Below are positions 1 to 15,271 of a stretch of 64,000 nucleotides of DNA, piece by piece. The position numbers were made by a program, and so were the translations under genes. How positions within the stretch are numbered: position 1 is the stretch's first letter; each line of letters opens with the position of its first letter. Source of the stretch: Eledone cirrhosa (lineage: Eukaryota); contig OZ024746.1 of NCBI GenBank assembly GCA_964016885.1, forward strand, positions 42,718,001-42,782,000, written 5' to 3'. A model generated the notes under the pieces. That model did not search any database. It saw nothing but the letters and a program-made list of their open reading frames with translations, and was not told the origin of the DNA.

Positions 1-3000
1 AAAGGAAGCAACAGAAAAAAACAATTGATAAAAAGCATGTGTGTATTCAGTCAGCCATATATATATATATATTTATATGGCTGACTATAAACAAAACTGA
101 TGCAGTACACTAAAATGAGGAGTCTATAATCTATCAACCACCTCAAAATAAGAACACAGTGCTGCATACAACTCAAAATCATGAAGGTATACCAGATAAT
201 TCAACAGAAACACACAAAAAACTACCAAAGAAACAATACATTTTCTAATTTAGGTACAAGGCCAACAATTTTTGAAGGTAGGGAAAAGTTAATTAAACTG
301 ACTTCAGTACTTGACTTGTGCTTAATTTTATGGACCCCCAGAAAGATAGCCAGTTAGCCCTGATAGGATTTGAAATCAAAACTTAAAGGGCCATAACTAA
401 ATTCTACATGGTTTTTCTTTTGTCCAGTGCTGTGATGATACAACCAGCCCATTAACTATAATAATAATAACAATAACTTTTTACTTTGCCACTATCCTGA
501 AATATGTAGAAGAAACATTTAATCAACTGACTTAACCTCAGCTTATCAACTTTGAATGCAAGTGAGGATATAGTTTTAAATCTTGTCGTGCTTAATAAAG
601 GCAAAAGAAAATGTTCTTACTTTGTTGCTATCAATTTTTGAAGAAAGAGAAAATAAAATATAATCAATACTATATAGCAAGTATCAGTTGAATGAATAAT
701 TTCACAGAATAGTATTAGTTTTAAATGCAGTCTTTGGAATTGCACTCCCTAGAGCATACCAATCTACATACAAAGACAGTTTTTTTATCTGTAAACTGTT
801 GAACTAATTAGTTTTCGTATTGGAATATTTTCAGCCGTCATGCTATTTATTATAGATATACAATAAACCTAGGGCCAGCAGATTATTTTATATGAAATAA
901 ATTTGTAAAGTATTCAGTCATTCAGAAGAATTGCTCTATTAAATCTATAGACTATATGAAAAATATTAGAGAAAATACATGAGTAAGCATTTGCCTTCGT
1001 GTTACATAAATACATATATGAATATATGCACAAAAATGCTCCAATAAACATAAAACAAGATTTAGAAGAAATTCCAGTCACTATTTCTAAATTAAATATA
1101 ATCTCAAATGAACTCCCAATACACAGCAGGGGGAATGCTAAAATAACATTTAGAATAACAATAAGAATTAATTAACAGAAAACGTTTAAAAACAATTTTA
1201 AGCTGAATTTTGGAGAATATTGTGAAGCAGAAGTAATGTGGTTGCAAATTACTTCTTGGTACAACTGATTTTGGTCACAAGGTTTTAATATTGTGGAGCA
1301 AAGGTCGGTAGTGTTGGCAGTGGGTACAGTGTATTTACCCACAAAGGCATACCATACCATTTGCTTTCACTATGCACATATACATACATCACCAACTATT
1401 CATCATACATTAAAACACTTGCTCATATCAAGTCTTACTAATGCCAACAAACATTTATTCCCAATTATTTTATATACACACATTTGCATACAATCTTGAT
1501 CACGCTCAAATTCCTATTCCCTAATACATAAACATACCTTACACATATGCCATTTTCCTACACTCTTCCATGATTGTCACACAGTGAAGTCACTTTGCTG
1601 CATCCTCTCATTATAATTTCTCTTACTGCCAGCTTACACTTCTCTGCTAAAAATGAATTCTTTACTGCACTCAGTTTTTGTCTGCTATTCCAGCATGTCA
1701 TAACTCTGTCCCAACGTTGAATGTTTTTCATGTTCTTTTCTTGTCTTCACGAATGACAACTCTCTAAAACACCACTTTCCTTTTGTATCACAATTATATT
1801 AACTTTGTAATCTTATTCATTGCTCTTATGGTTTTTGTTTTTATTTTGTTTTGTTTATTGATGTTTTTAGTTCTGTCTTGCCAGGATAAGTGTATATATT
1901 ATTTTAAGTTTAGACAATAATACACAGAGTTCATAAAACATTATGTGTTGGTATCATAACATATGCCTTATTTCTAATAACTATTAGTGATTGCCATTAG
2001 GTAAAGCTTGAAAACATTCCAGTCAGTAAATCAAAATAAAATGATAAGTCAATACCCTAGTATTTTTAAGTATACTTGCACCTTTATTAGAAACCAATAT
2101 AGACTGATCAATGTGGAGCACACACATCCATTGGAAATCTTGTGAATAGGACAAACACAATAGCTTTGAAGTTTTACATCTTTCCAGATTGTTGTTTTGA
2201 TAGTATTGAGAAAATGAAGAAGGAATCAGAACAGATAATTTTTTTGAAACCAAGATGGAATAAAGAATGAAGAAAATTATCAATGGTAAAAAGTTTCTTT
2301 GCTTTATTTAGGTTATATAGAGTAAAGCAGGGGTGACTGAGTAGTTAGTTGTTAAGTTGATTGAAAACCATGTATTTATAACAAGATCCTTACCTCTTAA
2401 GAGATATAACTGTGCCAGCAATAATGTTACTTTCAATATATATACTATCAATAATTATTTTTCTCAATACCTGTGCCATCAATAGCTGTTTTAAATAGTG
2501 AACATGTTATGTTTGTCAGGAAAGAAAATTATGGCTTTTGATGCATAAATTTTATTTTTTGTTAATTTTATGTAGTTTCATTTTAAGTACTGTTACTGAT
2601 TATCATTTTATGGCTGTTTTAGAAATGTACCATCCAGCATATTTGCATAACAATTTAAGGTCTTAAATGTTTGATCAATTTTGGAGCTATTATTGAGGTC
2701 ACAGCTTCCATTTTTAGGAGTAAATCTGTAAACGACATTGGAAATTTCAAAAACACTTTGGCTAAGTGGTCTATCTGATATATACTTGACTGGTGATGCA
2801 AATAATTTTTTAAAGCATTTCTTAAAAACATTTTTGTCTTTAAGTTGAGAAAATGTTAATATTGAATAGAGTGAAGGTAGGAGGTATGGCTGCTATTGTT
2901 AACAGATCAAATAACTTCAGGAAGACTTTCTTTCTGGCTTGTGTTTTCATTATTTACATTAAGGTTTATGTAACAACTAAAAGGTAAGCAAATAATCTTC

Positions 3001-3228
3001 ACTAGTAATATAAACAGGTAAATGATACTTAAACCAAATAGTACTCTGAGTCAGAATTACAAGCTACCTAATTGTCCAGACTCTCATTCAACCCCAGAAC
3101 CAATGCAATTACTATAGTTATCATCTAAGAGTCTACCAAACGTTTTGTTTATGCCTACCAATGTCTGTGTGGACTGGACTGCACTGTACTATTGTACAAA
3201 TAGGATTTGAACATATCTTGATGATGAA

Positions 3229-3273
<45 letters not shown>

Positions 3274-4520
3274 TGTGGAAAATTCATCTTATGTAGTAGG
3301 ATATTTAGAATCTTTCAAAAAATTTAAGTTACGGCAAAGCACGATATTTTATTAAACTATCAAAAACAACTTTCACTTAATATGTCTATTTATTCATACA
3401 ACATATGCTTCAACAGTAAACAAAAATATTATAATTAGTAGAACCTTGCTAGCTTTTAGCATGAATGTAAAGATATTGAAAAATTTAGAACTAAATTTTA
3501 AAAACAAAATGGTAAATTACATTATACAATAGATTCATAATTTCGTTTTAACGTAATACATAAATCTAAGAAATAATATTTTACTTGACACCAACTTTTA
3601 CCATGAAGAAAATTTCAAGACCCAACATAATCATTTTAACCAGAGAAATATTGAGAAATTTAATGATTTCAATATCACACACAGACCAACATAATTTCTC
3701 TCTATAAACTAAGACTAACAACGAATATGACCTCAATAAACTCCAACGTCTTCACATAAGTTAAAAAAAAGAAAGAAAATACTGGGTTCATGTAAATCAG
3801 GTAATTCTACAAATAAATAAATATATATATGATAATAATATTGTGAAGTAGATTTTTATTGATATAAATTAAAGTAAAAACTAGTTTGGAAATTCTAAAG
3901 TAAAATGTGCATATTATTTGACATGCCAAGAGGAGAGAAAACTCATCTAATTTTATGGAAGAATCCTTATTACATATACCAACAGATTCAAATTTACAAT
4001 GTAACCCTTAAGGTAGCTAACATAATAACATTAAGTGTTGTATACCTAATATATATAACTTCTTTTTTCTTTTTGCCAAGGAAAAGAAAACTAACAAATA
4101 TAATCAATAAAAGAATACTTTGTCAACTAATTGAAAATAAAAGTAAAAGTAAATAAATACAGAGAAGCTAAAAATATCTATCATTCCAAAGATCTCTATG
4201 CCTTTGAGATACAAACCAAATTGAAAATCTCTTAAACTCACCATTTTAATTTTATGTTTCTCTATTTACTTTCTCATTATATACGTACAGCCTCTCTATT
4301 TTCTAATAATGTTCTTTTTTTATTTTATTTCTTACATATTAATTGCATTATTTTATTTAATTCACCTCTTACATGCATGTATTCTGTTTCTTCTAGAATG
4401 TTCTTTAGTTTCTATTTTAACAACTTTCAATTCTATAAAAGTTTACAAACTAATAATATTAAATAAAAGTTTTTTTTCTATAACATGACAAACATATATC
4501 GTATGCAGAACTCCATTTCA

Positions 4521-4524
<4 letters not shown>

Positions 4525-4589
<65 letters not shown>
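4525..4589. repeat. (GA)n microsatellite
   Basis: Pure GA run; source of the SLSL artefact ORFs. Confidence 0.95.
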
Positions 4590-4593
<4 letters not shown>

Positions 4594-5910
4594 GGGTGAG
4601 TGTAAAGCATGATAATGCATAGCAGTGAGATATGGGCATTGAATGTGGAAGATATACAGAGGCTGGAAACAAAATATATCACACCAGTGTACATGAACAA
4701 CAGAACACGTGTGTTGAGAAAAAAAATTAGTCTCAGAGGAATTTGCCATAGTATACAACAGAGAAGACTATCATGAGATACACATGAAGAATGATAATTG
4801 GGACAAAAAGTATTAAATGATGCAAATGGAAAGAACCTGTTGAATGAAGACTGAGGAAAACATGAACAAAAGTGATGAGGCATATTTTCAGGCTGCTGAG
4901 CATCACATAAGCAGTAATGAAGGATCATGACAAGAGGAGGGATGCTATGTTTAAACTAACTCCTCCAATTCATGCCAACATGGAAAAGCAGATATTGAGG
5001 ATGATGTTACTTATATTGTGGTTGATTATTCATAAAAATGTTTAATGTAAGGTTTGTAATAAAATATATAGCTCAAACATTGCAGATCTACTTTCTGTCA
5101 AGAATCATAGATACTGCAAGTGCATCAAATTGCCTAGATTAAAGGAAAATAAATCACACACCCAGATGTAAAATTAGAAAACAAATATAATTGTTAAAAT
5201 GTTTATTATTGATATCAGACGAAATAATAACTGAAAAATTGAAATCAAATTTTAATGCCTGAGAAACTACCAAGGAAAATTTGTTTTTAATAAAGCTGGA
5301 AAGATAAAAGTTCATAGATTTTCTGTTTAAGATTGAAATCAGTAGAAACATGAAATTGAAAGCAAATAGGTTATATCATTAATAGTAGCAAAATATGAAA
5401 TTTAATAACTATTTACTCAAAATACTGGATAGTACACAAGAAGTCCTTGTGAATATGCTCTTGCAATGATATGAAAAGAAAATATGAAAGAGATGCAAGT
5501 CATAAGACATTCGTATATATATTCTGAAGAATGTTCTCGGAAGAGATGAAAGAATACTTCTTTAAATGTAACTTGAATAAATATTAGTTACACATCAGAT
5601 AAATTGAAAATATAGTTATTTACAGTCTGTGTGACTATCACAAAACATTGAGGTGGTCTAGGTGAAATGCTTTATCAAATGGTAACTGTCATATTATAGA
5701 AATGAGCTGCAACAGACAGATTTGTCATCAAGTAGTAGATGCTTTTCTACTTGAAAAAGTTATTGGAAATTTACTTATCAAACAGAAACCCAGGAGTGGT
5801 TTGTGTTAGTCAGTAAACAATGCTGTCTGAGATTAAAGAAACCTTTTGAAATTACTGTACAGTTGGTATTCTATATCAGATATTTTGTTTAACAAATATT
5901 ATAGTTTATA

Positions 5911-6105
5911 AGGGCGGTGGATTGGCAGTATCGGTAGAGGGTTGGACGCCATGCTTTGCAACAAAGAGTTACAGCCCTTTATGGTCTGAGTTCATATCCC
6001 GCCGAGGTTAACTTTGCCTTTCATCCTTACGGGGTCGATAAAATAAAGTACCAGTTTTACACTGGGATAATTGCAGGCCTTGTGCCAAAAGTAGAAACAA
6101 TTATA
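5911..6105 (+). mobile_element. tRNA-derived SINE, family B, near full length
   Basis: A-box-like tggcagtatcgg and B-box-like gagttcatatcc; body gcctttcatccttacggggtcgataaaataaagtaccag; tail ggccttgtgccaaaagtagaaac shared with many copies in the window. Confidence 0.85.
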
Positions 6106-7478
6106 ATTTATAACCAAAATACAAAACTTGAGAATACAACATTTCTGTAGCATAATTGAACATATTTGCATTACTTGCATTAACATTCAGTGAAATGTTT
6201 CCCAAATTTATATGAAATAACCAACAATATTTACTCTAGTTAAAAGACAAAATAAAATAATGTTTCATTTTTAAGTATTAAAATAAGAAAAATACTATTA
6301 ATTAGTATTGGAAAAGTATTGGAAAAATGACTTCATTATATGTTAATATATAATCATAAATATAATCAATGATTTAGAAAACACTCAAAAGAGAAAGTAT
6401 TAAATACTACAAGGAATAATATATGAAAACAACTGCAGTATTAATATCCTCAGATACAAGAATATCTGAAATCAAAAGACTTAAATTCTAACTGATTTTA
6501 CATATTTTATTCTATATATTTCTCTGATATTCATAAGGAAACCTGTTCATATATATTTTTCATTGGTTTTAGCTCAACTTTTCAAGTTTATGGAAATATA
6601 CTTGAAATATACTATGAAATATACTTGAAATATCATAAACCCTAACTACTTTTTGTTTTGATTTTCAGTTAATGAAATTTTAAACAGTAATTTTAGAATC
6701 TTTCACAAGTATGAAAGCATTGAAAATGTACACATTTGTAGAGTTTATATCATGCTGCAGCTTTGAACTTGGTAAATACAATTGAGAAAAGCTTCTGAAA
6801 AAGAAAATCCAATATAATACATGAAGCAGATTCAACAAAATGAAGTTAAGAGAAGTAACTGTATAAACAAAAAAATTAAAACTTTCCATTAAGTAATGAC
6901 AAGTTCACTGTTTCAGTGATAGAAATGAGCAAACAGATTTTTTACATTAAATAGTAGCAGGTTCAATAAAAAGAATGTAGTGCAGTTGTTTGAATTTTCA
7001 ACATCAGTGAGAGGTTTTACAATAAATAAAACTGGCATAATAATTGTGAAAAAGACCTTAATAGCATAAAAGCTGTAAAGCTCACTAAATGTTCCTCAAA
7101 TCAATAGATAGTTTGAGTTGAATAGTTAATTAAAAAGATTAAATAAAATAATAAAATAAATTAATACAACTATATAAATAATATTTTTCATCATGTGGAA
7201 TATTCTATCTTCAAAACAGCTAATCAAATTAAGGGTACCCCAAAAGCTGTTTGACAATATAAGTATGTCTTAAATAATAAAAGCACATATTGGATGATAT
7301 AAGCCTGCAAACACTAAAGAAAGGTGGAATGGTCACGACAGCTGAAATGCTTACTTAATTGATTCTGTTGTCACTTCATTTAAATTAACTTGGGTACAGA
7401 ATTCTTAGTGATATTTGCAGAATTTGATCTCTCTCTCTCTCTCTCTTTATATATATATATATATTATATATATATATA

Positions 7479-7818
7479 TCATCATTCATCATTTCATTTT
7501 ACGTCTGCTTTTGCCTGCTAGCAAGGGTGAGACGGGAACTGATTCTGGCTTGATTTCTACAGCTGGATGCCCTTCCTAACACCAACCTCATTTACAGTGA
7601 GTGCTGGGTGCTTTTTTTCCGTGACACCTCCACAACCACTTTGCAGTGGAATGATAGGGACCCCAGTCCTATCATCTCATTTCTACAGCTGAGTAAACTG
7701 GAGCAATGTGAAATAAAGTGTCTTGCTCAAGGAAACAACACATCACCTGGTCTGAGAATTGAACTCACAACCTTTTGATTGCAAAGCCAATGCTCTAACC
7801 ACTAAGCCATATGCCTCC
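7479..7818 (-). mobile_element. tRNA-derived SINE, family A (CORE-like body, (GAT)n tail)
   Basis: On minus strand: head ggaggcatatggcttagtggttagagc, B-box gagttcaattc, ccttgagcaagacacttt, gttaggaagggcatccagctgtagaaa, GAT-repeat tail; sits in (TA)n. Confidence 0.9.
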
Positions 7819-7859
7819 ATATATATATACACACACACACATTCATTAAAATGTATATA

Positions 7860-8292
7860 TCACAACTAACAACCCACAATGCTTAGCATTGATGCGTGGG
7901 TGACATTCAGGGATGGTTTGCCATTACAACAACACCAAATTAGTGAGCCATCCTTGAACCAAATCTATCCTCTATTCTCTGTTTGTGTTTGTCATAATTC
8001 TGTTATCTTATATAACTACTTCTGAAATCAACACCTGATGAAATCGCCTAAGTCTTGCATCATGATCAGATGATGAAACTGGGCCATTGAAATACGTATA
8101 GTGTTTTCTGAAAAATCAAAACTTTAAAGAAAGTTTCCAGTCCAGCTTTCTGTTGTTTTTAATGAATATTCAACTCTGTTCCTGCATCAGCCACAGGATA
8201 CCACACCTACGATGGATGATTTGCATAACATTGAGTGGTTTAAATTATTGTGTCATGATTTACTAACCAGAATCATCAGTTCTACCCATTTG
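7860..8292 (+). mobile_element. Penelope-like 3'/pLTR remnant
   Basis: 8020-8290 is homologous to the reverse complement of 11935-12215 and contains a hammerhead motif; left boundary approximate. Confidence 0.6.
8030..8105 (+). ncRNA. Type I hammerhead ribozyme motif
   Basis: aacac-CTGATGA-aatcgcc...ggccatt-GAAA-tacgt-ATA-gtgtt: 5-bp stem I, intact core, palindromic stem III region (atacgtat), AUA triplet. Confidence 0.75.
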
Positions 8293-8332
8293 TAAACAAC
8301 TTAACATAAATGGTGTATGTATATATATATAT

Positions 8333-8372
<40 letters not shown>

Positions 8373-10737
8373 GTGTATATATATAAATATACATATACAC
8401 ACACCATTATATAGATATAGATATATGCACTGATTTGAAGGGATTTATTTGTTGATCTACATTTTGTGTCACAAACAAAGACTTGGACACACACAAACAT
8501 GCCCACACACACATATATACAACTTCTTGTATTTTATTCATGAGATCAGCAGTTATGGATACAATCTAAAGTACTCAATACATTAGAGGGTGAAGTGTAT
8601 GATTTACTTTATTCTTATGCTAGGTTTATGCACATATAGACACACACATACACACATGTGGAAGAAATAAATTCAAATGATAGTAAATATGAAAAATTAT
8701 CAATTCAGCTTAGTCTCTGTTTCTATCAGTAAATGAAAGTTATTAAAGCTAGCGAAACAGGATTATATTGATAAATCAATGAGTTTCGAAGAACATAAAT
8801 CGCAGAGAGAATTAAATCTATTTTTATTTCTGTTTCTTTTTCCGATGCTGTTTTTTGGGGGGGGATTTTTTTGTTCTTTTTAGTTTAAAAGTCAGAGACA
8901 TTTATTTATAAAGGTACATGTTTGTCAATGTATGTCTTCAGAAAGGATATACTTGCAAACATTAAATATCACCATACCAACCAGTGACATATAGCAGTGA
9001 AACATAAATAAAAATTAGACAGAATAAGAGAGTGCAGCGAAGTAAACACAATTGTATTATTCCAAGTCTGACTGTTGCTATATATTTTCAGTAGATAATT
9101 GTGAAAGGCTATCTCAGAGTCTGTATAAGTTGGCAGTGATAGTGGTGTGGTGATCTATATTCAATGTTTCTTACAAAGGCTGCCAATTAGGTGTTTTGCA
9201 GAAAACTAAATTACCAATAACAACCAGCTAGGTTCCCCATTTCACCAGTTTACTTATTCTTAACCTTTTCATTACCAGGTTTCTAATGAATGATTTTGAA
9301 AATAATCAAGAATTTGGAGAAATTTAGTATTATAACTTACTCATTTTTAAGCTGGTGTTTGGAGCATAATGTCTATTAACTGTAAGATGTAATCCAGAAC
9401 ATTATCAGTTTGTCTAGAGGTTGCTAGCATGTCCAAAAAAGTGTTACAGTTTTAGATCACTATTTCAGCTACTTTGATAGGTTGCTCTCGATAGGTTTGT
9501 GGTCGAACCTCTAGCAGAGAAGACTTATAATGTTCACCAGAACACCTCCCTACTGTAATTGGCCATTGTAGGAGAAAGTGATGATTTGGAATAGTAATTT
9601 CAATACATTTCCCTTAACATCTTCTGGGACCACATCTTCTCCATTCTGTCTGCTGGAACCAAGCGACAACCTGTACATGTGCTCCCACACACAAGAAAAT
9701 GCTTCCCCACTCTGAACCCACATTACTATGGTAGTAATGTTGCAACATAAAATGTGCCACATAACACATGTGTTTGTATGAACACTTTTGAAAATATTCA
9801 AGGGTTAGCAAAAAGCTACAAGATACTCCATCCTTCTGTCGAAATTACAGATCAAGACACTCAAATTTAGACCATATATACCAGTAATATGCCAAATTTG
9901 AGCTACTCTACAGAAATCTGAACATCATTATCTATCGAGTCAAATATATATCATTAATGATTATTTTAAATTTTCTATCAAAACATTTGAGAATAAATAA
10001 AAAAAATAGAATTACAATTTCACTAAATCAAAATAATAAAAAAAAAACTACTAAGATTCTACTTTCATTTATAAATTATTTATACTTATTAGAAAAAGCA
10101 AATGGACTGAAACTACTTGATAAGACATTTTGCATGACATAAAACAATAAAATTCAGATACATATGAATATCCTATCTTGTGTACACAACTTCCAATTAC
10201 ATTAGAATGGAGTAAGTGAAAAAGTAATAAATTAATTATAAAAAATATAAAACTAATCCAGTTTGAACAAGCAATTGATAGGAAATCATTGTAAATAGAT
10301 TATTGTTTCATATCAAGTAAGCATGCTGCATGACAATACTATATGATCATGATATTTAACAATTAGGTGCAAATTTTTATCATATTTTTAAAAAAGAAAT
10401 TCATCATATAAGTAATTTTACAAAACAATATTCACAAAATTCATTAGATAATTACAATACATGTGTATGTATGCATGTATGTATACATGTATATATATAT
10501 ATATCAAAGACATCCAAAAATGTTGAAAGCAAAAATTGTTTGCTCAAATAGTGTGTGTGTGTGTGTGTGTGTGTGTGCATTAACTAACACAATCTGGTGA
10601 ATTTTTAGTGAGATGAAAGAGGTGATTAACTGTAAGACACCTTTAATAAAAAATATATATACTCGACTTATATATTGAGATCTCCTTCTCAAAGGTGAGT
10701 CATTATCATATTCATATATATATATATATATGAAAAG

Positions 10738-10835
10738 ATTCAGGAACCTGACGGCTGAGCTCCAGCCATTTCAACAGCTACATTTGAACAAAGTTGTGGT
10801 CCATCTGGTTTTTTTTTTTACCACACCCTATCTGA
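10738..10835. mobile_element. Miniature copy of the 47695-48268 element (inverted half-hammerhead plus 3' terminus)
   Basis: gacggctgagctccagccatttc matches the left arm of that element near 47714; ttgtggtccatctggtt...ttaccac matches 48230-48256. Confidence 0.6.
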
Positions 10836-10889
10836 TATATATATGTAGCCCAACCTCTGATAGCAGGGTGAGGAGATGTTAAAATGATG

Positions 10890-10928
<39 letters not shown>

Positions 10929-11877
10929 AAATTAGATATACAAGGTTCAAAGGAAAATAGAAAATTGTATATGATAGTATATAATTGTCACGGCTTTTCA
11001 GATTTAGCTCAATGTGTTTATATATTACATTGAAGAGAAAGAGTGTTTTTAGGGAGAAAGTTTTGGAAATATAGACATAAATACAGAGTAAATATAATCA
11101 AGTATGTAGATGGAAAAATTTGCTTTCAAATCATATTTAATTCCTTACACATGTTTCAAGAGAGTTGTACATCCAATTATTTGAAAGTGTTATGTGACAA
11201 TTCACATAATCAATATCTATACATACGCAAAGATAAATTAAGTATATATGTACTTCCCCATCATTGGAGGAATAAAAAATATTAAATAGAAGCAGGATGT
11301 GTCCGAGATACAATTTGTACCTAAGGCTTCTATTAAATATTTTTTTTTAGAAAGGGGAATAGAGTGGTGATACAATCACTTGAGAGGGAAGCAGAAAAAT
11401 TTCATTATGCAAGATGTAAATGTAATGATATCTGAATGATTAAGAGGTTACAACAGCATTCAGATTTATATAATGGCAGCATGGACAAAAAAAAAAAAAA
11501 AATTTAAGCTAGAGAGTACATCATAAAACCTAGACATTCCCTAGTAACAACACTGCTACATGGAACAATATTGATAGGGTTGATGCTAGACTATCTGTTG
11601 CCTGGCTTAATACCACAACTTTAACAAAATTGTTTCTGTTGCAAGAATTCAGGCCATGTCTTCTGCTTGAGGATATCTTCTTCCTTCCCTTCCACCTGCT
11701 TGTGTATATATATGTGAATTACAAGTTGGCATAGCCACACATTTTTCCATCATCTCTCTTAACTTTTGAAAATCATGAAACTTGTGAAACTAGTAAAGTT
11801 ATAAATTATGGTAAATAAACCTTCTGAAAGACTCCAATTGCATTTTCGACTTCTTTTTCCTATATATATATTTCTCC

Positions 11878-11935
11878 TTTTGGCACAAGGCCAGAAATTA
11901 CCCAGTACATTACTGGTACTTTATTTTATCGACCC
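11878..11935 (-). mobile_element. SINE family B 3' fragment
   Basis: ggcacaaggcc...ctggtactttattttatcgaccc, abutting the PLE remnant. Confidence 0.75.
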
Positions 11936-12250
11936 AATGAGTAGAACCGGTGGTTCGGGTTGGTAGACGATGATGCAACAAATTAATTAAAGCACTCAAA
12001 ATTATGCAAACCATCCATCGTAGATGTGGTATCTATTGGTTGGTGCAGGAATGGAGTAAAGTATTCATTAAAACAAAAACTGAAGGCCGGACTAGAAAAT
12101 TTACTTTTGAATTTTAATTCCATGAAAGCACTATACATATTTCAATGGCCCACTCTATTGTTCAAGTATGATGTAAGTCTAGGCAATTTCATCAGGTGTT
12201 ATTTGCAGAATTACGTAACAGGATTACGTTGTATTCAATTTAAATCCTGA
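11935..12250 (-). mobile_element. Penelope-like 3'/pLTR remnant, same family as 7860-8292
   Basis: Colinear reverse-complement similarity to 8020-8290. Confidence 0.65.
12127..12200 (-). ncRNA. Type I hammerhead ribozyme motif
   Basis: Minus strand: aacac-CTGATGA-aattgcc...ggccatt-GAAA-tatgt-ATA-gtgct; one stem I mismatch. Confidence 0.7.
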
Positions 12251-14311
12251 GATTTCCAACAGGCAATATATTTAATAAATATAAAACTGTGTACTATATT
12301 ATTAGTGTTTTGAAAGTAATTTCTTCCTGATCCAATTAGGTTGCACAATTATGCAACCTTTTTTTTAGTGCATCCATTACAACATTCTTAATGCTTTAGT
12401 TTGCTCTTTCTCTAGCGTCAACATATTGTTTGCTTTAATAGATTAACATGCCAAATTGTAATCAAATATTGCTATAACCAGAATTAAATAAGAAAATATC
12501 CCAGATTTTATAGTGGGTGTTCCTTTAAATAAACCTAGACTACTACTACAATGTCCACTTTATCTGCTCCTAGTGAAAAGTCATTTGTTACAATGTCAGC
12601 TAAATCTTTTCGTTTCTTTGAATTCTGAATTCAAGATCAATGCCACATTCTTTGTTCTCTTAACTTGAACAGAGAGGTTTATATTTTCTTACATGAAAGA
12701 AAAGTTGCCTGTCTACAAACAATGTTTACAATTTCAATAGATCCTTTTGCAATGTGAATAGCCTCTTGGAGAACATTTGAACTGTTTGCTTGTCAAATCT
12801 CTGTCAACATTATGGATAAGTATGACAAACGATATTTGTTCGACTATCAGCCATTCAATGTGTGTGCATGTGTGGGAAAATTTGTTATAATATTTTATTT
12901 CCTTAAATGATAACTTTACATTAGAAAGAAAAAAATTAATAACAACAATTGTTTCTAATTTAGATACAACACCACAAATTTCAGGCATGGGTTATAGTTG
13001 AATTTAACATTCTTAGAAGAATGAAAGGCAAATTTAAACTTGGCAAGATATTAAAATATATTAATAATTAACCCATTCATGACCACATTTCTAATGAAAT
13101 TCACTCTATTTTAATTAATTAATAAAGTATTTTTAGGGAATTACTGAAATTATTAATTATTTCATTACTAAGATAGTAATTTAATGTAAGGTTCTTATAT
13201 AAAATTATGTTGGAAGATTTTAATTTGAATTGAAAACCTTTTAAATGGGTGACTTTATTTCATACAACCAGATGCGGTTTTGGCCAGGTCAGTAACAAAA
13301 GGGTCAAGATATATACACAGTTACACTTATTTCAGGACAAGATATAAATTGTAAGAAAATGAAACTACTTTCAAGATATTGGAATGTCAACTTACTATTT
13401 GTTCAGTTATGTACTTTTCAGGACTATCACAATAGAAAGTGTCAGCACAAGACAGTGGTAATCCAGATTGTGAATCCTAGAAAAGGACAAAGGAAACGAG
13501 CATAAACAATTTGATTAAATACACACACATAGGCACAAATATTGAACTTTAATGGTATATATAACCCTCAATGATACATGAAATAAATTCATTGTCTCAG
13601 AGTGGCAATGAAATAATTATTCAATTTTGAAGCTGAAGGGCTGTGAACAGAAACCAAAGACAAAATGTAAATCTCATACAAAATACAACAAATACCCAAG
13701 AATAATTATAAATATATATATATATGCATTGTAATTTCATCAATCAATATTTTATTTTACCCTGATAAATAAAGTGACTTGAACTTTTAAAATAATTAGG
13801 TATGCAACAATAGTTGATTGATCTTATTGGGGAATTGGGATTTGCTTTTCTAAAACATGTTTGCGATACAATTAAAGTGAAATAGATTCAGTCAGGAAAC
13901 AAAACCATGTCATGAACTTTGTTTGCCTTCTATTCCATAGTGCTTATGACTGCAGAATGCATATACATTGAGTACCTACTAATTTATGGGATGTCTGTAG
14001 AATATAAGCTGAATTCATTATCTAATTTTCAAGCCTTGCAGATGTCTATATTTCATCTCTCTGAATAAGTTGAGAAGACTTTCACCTTTTTACAAATGAA
14101 CCCTTATGTCTAGTCTGATAATTATGGAAGTAAAGGAGGTCAAGTGTTACTTTATATATATATATATATATATATTCACACATGCACTGATACCCACATA
14201 ACATCATATTATGTCAATGTCCACTTTTCCATACTTGCATGGGTTGGATAAATACAAATGGAATATAACAATCAAATTATCTGCTGGCAAGGAAAAATGT
14301 TTGATTAAATA

Positions 14312-14490
14312 AATAATTGTTTCTACTTTTGGGACAAGGCCAACAATTACTCAGTACATTACTGGTACTTTATTTTATCGACCCCGTAAAGATGAAAGGC
14401 AAAGTTAACCTCGACTGGATCTGAACTCAGACCGTAAAGGGACGTAACTATGCTGGAAAGCACAGCGTCAGTCCCTCTACCGAAACTGCA
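14312..14490 (-). mobile_element. SINE family B
   Basis: Reverse complement of the 5911-6105 body. Confidence 0.85.
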
Positions 14491-15047
14491 ATAATGCTAA
14501 ATCTTGTGGAATAGGGTGGTATAGCATTGAAACCACACTCTATTGAAGAATAATCTACCAAACAAGCATGTATATAATCCAGTTCTAATATGTAGCTGTT
14601 TAATTTTATGTTTATAAAATGATTTCTACTGAAAGCATAAGGCCACAAATTATAGGAGAGGTTTTGATTAATACTTATTTTGCCAACCCCACAAGATTGA
14701 AAGACAAAGATGACTACAATATGATTTAAAATATGAAAATAAGAGACATAACCAAATATTACAAATATTATATTGCTTTTCCAGTTTTGCCATCTTCCAT
14801 TCTTTCTATGACTTCTAAAATATAACAATTTTTATTTTTCCTTTTTGACAATACTTGACTTACATGTCATTGAAATAAATTACTTGTTATATATGTTATG
14901 TCACTAGAGCATTTGAGTGAGAACCTATACCTAATATCTATTGAAGAACCTATACCTAATATCTAATTTTCCTTTACAATACTTGGAGACCAATGACAAT
15001 ATAATTGAATTGAAATCATCCTAAATTCTCAAGTAAATCACTAAATC

Positions 15048-15271
15048 TTAACCCGTTAGCATTTAAACCGGCTCTATCTGGCCAGGATTCTCTCACCTTT
15101 TTCTGTTCAAACCAGCTGTAACCGGCCACTCATACTGATGTTAAGGTATTGTTCTCAAAAGAAATAACATCAAAATCTCATAGATTCGATATTATGAGAG
15201 ATAATATGTGAGGTAAAGCCTTCACTGTAGTATATATAATAGTATATATAAATGTAAATGCTAAAGGTTTA
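15048..15271. mobile_element. piggyBac-like MITE
   Basis: ttaa-cccgttagcattta ... taaatgctaaaggttta terminal inverted repeats; paralog at 20122-20337. Confidence 0.7.

Noticed and set aside
5518-5570. CTGAAGA..tctc-ggaa-gaga..GAAA hammerhead-like string
   Set aside because: No stem I pairing
14921-14965. 20-bp direct repeat
   Set aside because: Ordinary local slippage duplication
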